Shown in pieces: positions 15,356 to 19,859 of a DNA stretch of 19,859 nucleotides. The notes under the pieces were generated by a model that saw only the letters and a program-made list of their open reading frames with translations, made no database searches and was not told the DNA's origin. Origin of the DNA: Candidatus Hermodarchaeota archaeon (GTDB lineage: Archaea > Asgardarchaeota > Hermodarchaeia > Hermodarchaeales > Hermodarchaeaceae). The DNA lies in assembly GCA_016840065.1 (NCBI GenBank), contig JAEOTB010000015.1:1-19859 (forward strand). The letters are read 5' to 3'. How positions within the stretch are numbered: the first letter of the stretch is position 1; each line of letters opens with the position of its first letter. The translations under genes were made by a program, and so were the position numbers.

Positions 15356-18097
15356 ATGGTCGGATTTAGCATTCGAAATCGTATCCTTGCAGCCTTCCTC
15401 ATACTACTTCTCATCCCAACCGCCTTCCTTGTATTCTTTAACGTTGGGTCGATAGTACAATTATCTAATACCAACGCGCAACAGGCTTCAGATGCCCTGC
15501 TGGCTGAAGAGCTCGACTACCTCCAGAGCATAGCCAATAACGAATCATCTCGCATCGATGAGTTCTTCGCCCAAATCGAAGCCGAGGTCACTATGCTCGA
15601 TCTCTACGCAGAGGGGCTCTTTAACGACGAAATAAACGTAACACCATATGTAAGTTACTGGTGGGATGATGCAGAGGAGTTCGCCGAGACCGGTCGAACA
15701 ATACCTGGTCAGTATTATGACCCTGATTATGATTCTGACATATCCTTCGATTGTAGCTGCTATTATCTACCTCGAGACAATTATCCTGGGGTAGACCCCT
15801 TTGACTGGAGCAGCGAAGAAGAAGCCCTCCTCAACTACTCTTCGAACCTAGACTACATGTTCCAGAACCTCCATGAGGCCAATCCAAACTATATCTGGAT
15901 ATACATGGCCTTTGCTGGAGGCCTCTCCCTCTTCCGCAACTACCCCTATGATACAATGGAGTGGACCCAGTATGAGGGCGACGGTAATCCCGCAACCACC
16001 TCAGACGATTGGGACCCACAAACCTGGGATTTCTACACAGGACCCGCGGGGACAACCGATAGCACCGTATTCACTAGCCCCTACTGGGACCCTGTAGGTT
16101 ACCTGATGTCCTGTGGTCGTCCTTCACGGTGGTCCAACAATAGCTTGATTGGTGTCGTGAGTGTAGACATAACCATTTCCCAATTAAATGACAGCGTCAT
16201 CGATATTGACGTTCTAGACAACGGCTATGCATTCCTCATCGACAATTCTGGTAACTCGATAGTACACCCCGCTCAGGGCGACCAGTCAATCGGGATCACC
16301 GCTCTTGAAATGGCAGGAACATCTGCCGCAGAAACAAGCACTTTCAACAGTATAGTATCTACTATGGCAGGAGGTAGTACTGGGTGGAGTACCTACCACA
16401 AGAACGGTCAAAAATGGTACATAGCTTACGCCCCCGTTCCCACCACCGAATATTCATTGGCTGTTGTGGTTCCCGAGGAGGATATCATTGGTGCAGTGTT
16501 GGCATTACAGAACTCGATTCTCACCCAGAGCAACACACAAATCATCCTTCTCATCGCGATACTAATTGCCGCCTTCGTTATCCTTTTCGCTATCAGCATC
16601 ACAATCTCCAACCGAATCACACGACCCATCAAGGAACTCACAACACTAACCAGCTTGATGGCAGAAGGCGACCTCTCCCGTGAACTCCGGGGCGACGCCA
16701 GCGAGATGGTTCCAGAAATTGGGACGCTCCACCAAGCCTTTAGCAACCTATTGACGAGCCTAAGGTTTGGAAATACCGCGTATTATGGTGGCGACCTTGA
16801 TAGGGCGTTTGCGAACTACACCAAGGCGTTGGAGCTCTTCAGGACCACGAAGAACCAACGAGGAATTGCCTTGGCAAAGAACAACCTAGGCAACATCTAC
16901 CGGGCTTGGGGCGATGCATCAGCAGCTGAACGCCACTACCGAGAAGCCATCACCATCGGTGAGCGCATCGACGATGTTCAAGGTCTCGCCTCCCGATATA
17001 ACAACCTGGCTCTCTTGAGGATGGACCAGGGCAAGAACAAGGAAGCCTTGAAACTCCTACAGAAAGCCCTGGGCTACGACGAGAAGGCAAAGAACGATCG
17101 CGGCAAAGTACTACGGCTAGCCAACATCGGACTCGTCCATCTTCAGATGAGACATAAAACCACAGCAAGAGAGCATTTCGAGAAATCTCTGGCAATCGCT
17201 GAACGTATCAAATACGACAGGGGCATCGCCTATGCCAAACTCCACTTGGGAACTCTCCTGATTAAAGAGAAAGACTACATAGAGGCACAGTCCCAGCTTG
17301 ACTCGGCTCTCACCATCGCTAAGGACCTTGTTGACGTATCGCTTGTCGCCCAGTGTCTGGACAGGCTGACTGAGGTCCAAAGGGAACTAGGCTTTACAGA
17401 GACCGCTGACCGTTACGCAGCCCTCGTCACAGGACTCAGACAGAGAATGATCAGTCGAAAGGTCGTCCTCTTCTGTATCGACTATTCAGGATCAATGGGT
17501 GGACCCCGTATACGCACCGCAATCCGAGGAGCTAGAACCCTCCTGGACAAGCAGGTCAACCCACAGGACGATGTAGGAATCGTCACCTTCAGTGACCGAA
17601 GCCATGTCGCCCTTAAACTAACAAGAGTCGAAACTGGGAAAGACCAGATAGTGAGCGCACTTGAGAGCCTGATGTATCCACAGGGCAACACAGCCTTCTA
17701 CGATGCACTAGGTGATGCAATGAAGCTCCTAGCCGAGGTGAAGGGCAGCGAACAACGCTGGCTAATCGCATTGACCGATGGCCTCGACAACTCCAGCCGC
17801 GACCACACAATCCAAGTCACACCTGGAAAAGAGATAGGAACAAGAGGCGACAAGTCGGTTCAGGGAGTCATTCACAGGAGTCTACTGAACGTGAACCTGA
17901 TCATCATCGCGGTCGGTGACGAGCTTCGACGTGTCAAGTCAGGGCTCGAAAGACTTTGCACAGAATCGCCCAGAGGAAAATACATCGGTATCTCAGATCG
18001 ACGCGACACCGAAAAAGCCATCACCGACGCCTTCCGAAAGGTGCGGGAGATTCTGGCACAAATCGACGTGGAGGGAATCCGCTTCGACCGAGAGTGA
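15356..18097 (+). CDS. Membrane receptor: TM - dCache - TM - HAMP - TPR repeats - vWA
   Basis: TM1; dCache motifs (WIYMAF, NYP, FTSPYWD, IGVVSVDI, GYAFLIDNSG..IVHP, YIAYAPV..TEYSLAVVVP); TM2; HAMP (ITRPIKELT...EGDLS...EIGTLHQAF); 5-6 TPRs of about 40 aa (NNLGNIY, YNNLAL, ANIGLVH, LHLGTL); vWA with IDYSGSM, GNTAFYDAL, LIALTDG. Confidence 0.92.
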   Translation: MVGFSIRNRILAAFLILLLIPTAFLVFFNVGSIVQLSNTNAQQASDALLAEELDYLQSIANNESSRIDEFFAQIEAEVTMLDLYAEGLFNDEINVTPYVSYWWDDAEEFAETGRTIPGQYYDPDYDSDISFDCSCYYLPRDNYPGVDPFDWSSEEEALLNYSSNLDYMFQNLHEANPNYIWIYMAFAGGLSLFRNYPYDTMEWTQYEGDGNPATTSDDWDPQTWDFYTGPAGTTDSTVFTSPYWDPVGYLMSCGRPSRWSNNSLIGVVSVDITISQLNDSVIDIDVLDNGYAFLIDNSGNSIVHPAQGDQSIGITALEMAGTSAAETSTFNSIVSTMAGGSTGWSTYHKNGQKWYIAYAPVPTTEYSLAVVVPEEDIIGAVLALQNSILTQSNTQIILLIAILIAAFVILFAISITISNRITRPIKELTTLTSLMAEGDLSRELRGDASEMVPEIGTLHQAFSNLLTSLRFGNTAYYGGDLDRAFANYTKALELFRTTKNQRGIALAKNNLGNIYRAWGDASAAERHYREAITIGERIDDVQGLASRYNNLALLRMDQGKNKEALKLLQKALGYDEKAKNDRGKVLRLANIGLVHLQMRHKTTAREHFEKSLAIAERIKYDRGIAYAKLHLGTLLIKEKDYIEAQSQLDSALTIAKDLVDVSLVAQCLDRLTEVQRELGFTETADRYAALVTGLRQRMISRKVVLFCIDYSGSMGGPRIRTAIRGARTLLDKQVNPQDDVGIVTFSDRSHVALKLTRVETGKDQIVSALESLMYPQGNTAFYDALGDAMKLLAEVKGSEQRWLIALTDGLDNSSRDHTIQVTPGKEIGTRGDKSVQGVIHRSLLNVNLIIIAVGDELRRVKSGLERLCTESPRGKYIGISDRRDTEKAITDAFRKVREILAQIDVEGIRFDRE

Positions 18098-18102
18098 GGT
18101 GA
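18096..18102 (+). promoter_or_regulatory. Shine-Dalgarno overlapping the upstream stop codon (translational coupling)
   Basis: GAGGTGA overlaps TGA 18095-18097 and lies 6 nt before ATG 18109. Confidence 0.8.
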
Positions 18103-18108
18103 AAAGAA

Positions 18109-19859
18109 ATGGCAAGAAGTATACGCAGTAACGTTTTGCTCAGCTTCATCATAATCACCATCGTATCGATGGGGGTTATTGGCGGCATAAGCATCTACTT
18201 CACAAACGCAATCGGCCAAAGCACCACGGTTCAAAGCTCCGATGCGCTGAACAATCAGATTCAGGAGAACCTGAATGGGAGCTCTGATCTAATCGCAGGA
18301 ATTATCCGAGAAAAATTCTCCAGCGCAGAAGCCATGGTGCTTGCGATGGCAAATGAACTCGAAGCCCTCTTCAACAACTCACGCTACGGATTCAGAGAAA
18401 GTTATTATGACTTCTGCTTCGAATACAACTACTCAGATCCAAATCTAGCACCCGCAGACACTCATTATGACTCTGCTTATGATGTGTACCTCTCCTGGAG
18501 CTACGCCAGTTACTACTTCAGAGACTCTGTTTACGGAAATTACACTCTGTACGACAACAACCCCAACCTGAACGATACCATCGAACGAGTGGCAAATATG
18601 GATTATATTTTCCAGAATATCCATGACACTGCACCTGAGTTTCGCTGGCTCTACATTGCCTTTGCTGGGTTTGACTTGTTCATCAATTATCCTGGGAGTA
18701 TCGTCGCTGGTACCGACGCTGAACGGGATGCTGAATCCTACCTACCCACCACACAACCATGGTATCTAGATGTAGTGGCTGGTAACGGTGACATCGTCTT
18801 CACCGAACCCTATTTTGACGAGATAGACGGTGTTCCACTCATCACCATTGGTCGTGCAGTATACTACCCCAATGGAACCCTGATGGGTACAATATGTGGG
18901 GATATTTCAATTCAAGACCTTGTTACACAAGTTGAGACCTTCGAAATCCTTCAAACGGGATACGCCGCCCTCATCCAAACATCTGGCCTCGTCGTCGCCC
19001 ACCCAGAAGCAGGAGCAACTCTACCACAAATCGAAGATGTGGAGGTCAACACCGCAGACAGCTCATCTGCACTATCAACGTCACAAATTACTACGATAAC
19101 TTCAGGAACATCAGGGCTAATCACATACACCAGAAATGGGCAGGACCGGTACCTAGCCTATAGACCTGTAGGAAAAGGCGATTATCTCTGTCTAGTAATC
19201 GTCCCGGTGGCTGAAGCCATCGCTGCCATCGCTCCCTTGCAACAAAACATCTTACTAGCAAGTCAGACGACCACGTTGCAAGTACTCCTAATCATCGTCT
19301 TGATAGCAGTTGCAGCCCTCGGCATAGGATTGGTCATCGCGAACAGCATCATGAACCCCATCACCAGACTAACGAAGCTCGCGGTAAGCCTCTCCACCGA
19401 ACGAGCACGCCAAGACATCATGTCAGGACTAGACCAGGAACTCAAGGACCTCGGAGGAACAGGAGAAATCGGCGACCTAACCCGAGCCTTCCGCGACATG
19501 GTCGACTCGGTCCGAGAAGAAGAACACCAGCTAGCAACCGGCAGCAAACTCTGCCCCAACTGCCAATCCCCCATCGGTCCACGCTGGAAGACCTGCATCT
19601 ACTGTGGCCACGACCTAGAAGCACCAGCCCCAGTCGCCAGCGAAACCGAACGAGTCCGCAGACTCATCGCACGCGGCAAGTGGGAAGAAGCCGCAAGGCT
19701 TGGAGCACCCGCCGTTTCACCCCTCGCCAAGGCACTCACCGAAGGTAACCCCGACGAACGAAGAGGTGCAGCTGACGCCCTTGGAAAACTAGGCGATGCA
19801 GCAGTAGAGCCCTTATCCCGTGCGCTCAAAGACGACGACGAATACGTAAGATGGCGATC
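18109..19859 (+). CDS. Second membrane receptor, 3'-truncated: TM - dCache - TM - HAMP - zinc ribbon - HEAT repeats (not in ORF track)
   Basis: Manual translation is open for 583 codons to the window end: [21 protein letters not shown]..., MDYIFQNIH...[46 protein letters not shown]2, [10 protein letters not shown]...[22 protein letters not shown], then [42 protein letters not shown]. Confidence 0.92.
   Translation, partial: MARSIRSNVLLSFIIITIVSMGVIGGISIYFTNAIGQSTTVQSSDALNNQIQENLNGSSDLIAGIIREKFSSAEAMVLAMANELEALFNNSRYGFRESYYDFCFEYNYSDPNLAPADTHYDSAYDVYLSWSYASYYFRDSVYGNYTLYDNNPNLNDTIERVANMDYIFQNIHDTAPEFRWLYIAFAGFDLFINYPGSIVAGTDAERDAESYLPTTQPWYLDVVAGNGDIVFTEPYFDEIDGVPLITIGRAVYYPNGTLMGTICGDISIQDLVTQVETFEILQTGYAALIQTSGLVVAHPEAGATLPQIEDVEVNTADSSSALSTSQITTITSGTSGLITYTRNGQDRYLAYRPVGKGDYLCLVIVPVAEAIAAIAPLQQNILLASQTTTLQVLLIIVLIAVAALGIGLVIANSIMNPITRLTKLAVSLSTERARQDIMSGLDQELKDLGGTGEIGDLTRAFRDMVDSVREEEHQLATGSKLCPNCQSPIGPRWKTCIYCGHDLEAPAPVASETERVRRLIARGKWEEAARLGAPAVSPLAKALTEGNPDERRGAADALGKLGDAAVEPLSRALKDDDEYVRWR

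Noticed and set aside
15356-18097. Orthology to calcium-channel alpha2-delta/CACHD1 (Cache + vWA)
   Set aside because: Domain order and topology differ: here the vWA follows TM2, HAMP and TPR and should be cytoplasmic.
17872-19829. Short ORFs listed after the vWA gene (17872..18234 -, 18896..19099 +, 19263..19598 -, 19442..19624 -, 19599..19829 -)
   Set aside because: All are shadows of the long open frame starting at 18109 or of the end of receptor 1.
1-19859. tRNA/rRNA, CRISPR array, transposase or integrase
   Set aside because: No cloverleaf, regularly spaced repeats or recombinase motifs seen; intergenic gaps are all under about 250 nt.

Overview
Gene-dense chromosomal window with no RNA gene, CRISPR array or mobile element visible. 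The host looks archaeal: GGAGGT/GGTGA Shine-Dalgarno sites, TATA-like boxes about 25 nt before apparently leaderless starts, and N-x-S/T-rich surface proteins. An Asgard-type lineage is my inference. Left to right: a 5'-truncated helical protein; a TPR protein; an acyltransferase-3; a HEAT-repeat protein; a multi-TM protein; a SAM methyltransferase divergent from a PfkB kinase + OFA-type MFS operon; a bacterial/plant-type PLP arginine decarboxylase (SpeA); a 99-aa RING-like/DnaJ-type zinc protein; a membrane-anchored M6 metalloprotease; a 398-aa unknown; a cluster of small genes (Pepco-like, two 4-TM proteins, a cupin, and a 47-aa CPxCG zinc ribbon missing from the ORF track). The window ends with its most interesting element: two apparently translationally coupled, paralogous TM-dCache-TM-HAMP receptors whose visible outputs are non-enzymatic. 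Receptor 1 ends in TPR + MIDAS-intact vWA. Receptor 2 (18109 to the window end, absent from the ORF track) continues into a zinc ribbon + HEAT repeats. All calls come from reading motifs by eye; no searches were run.
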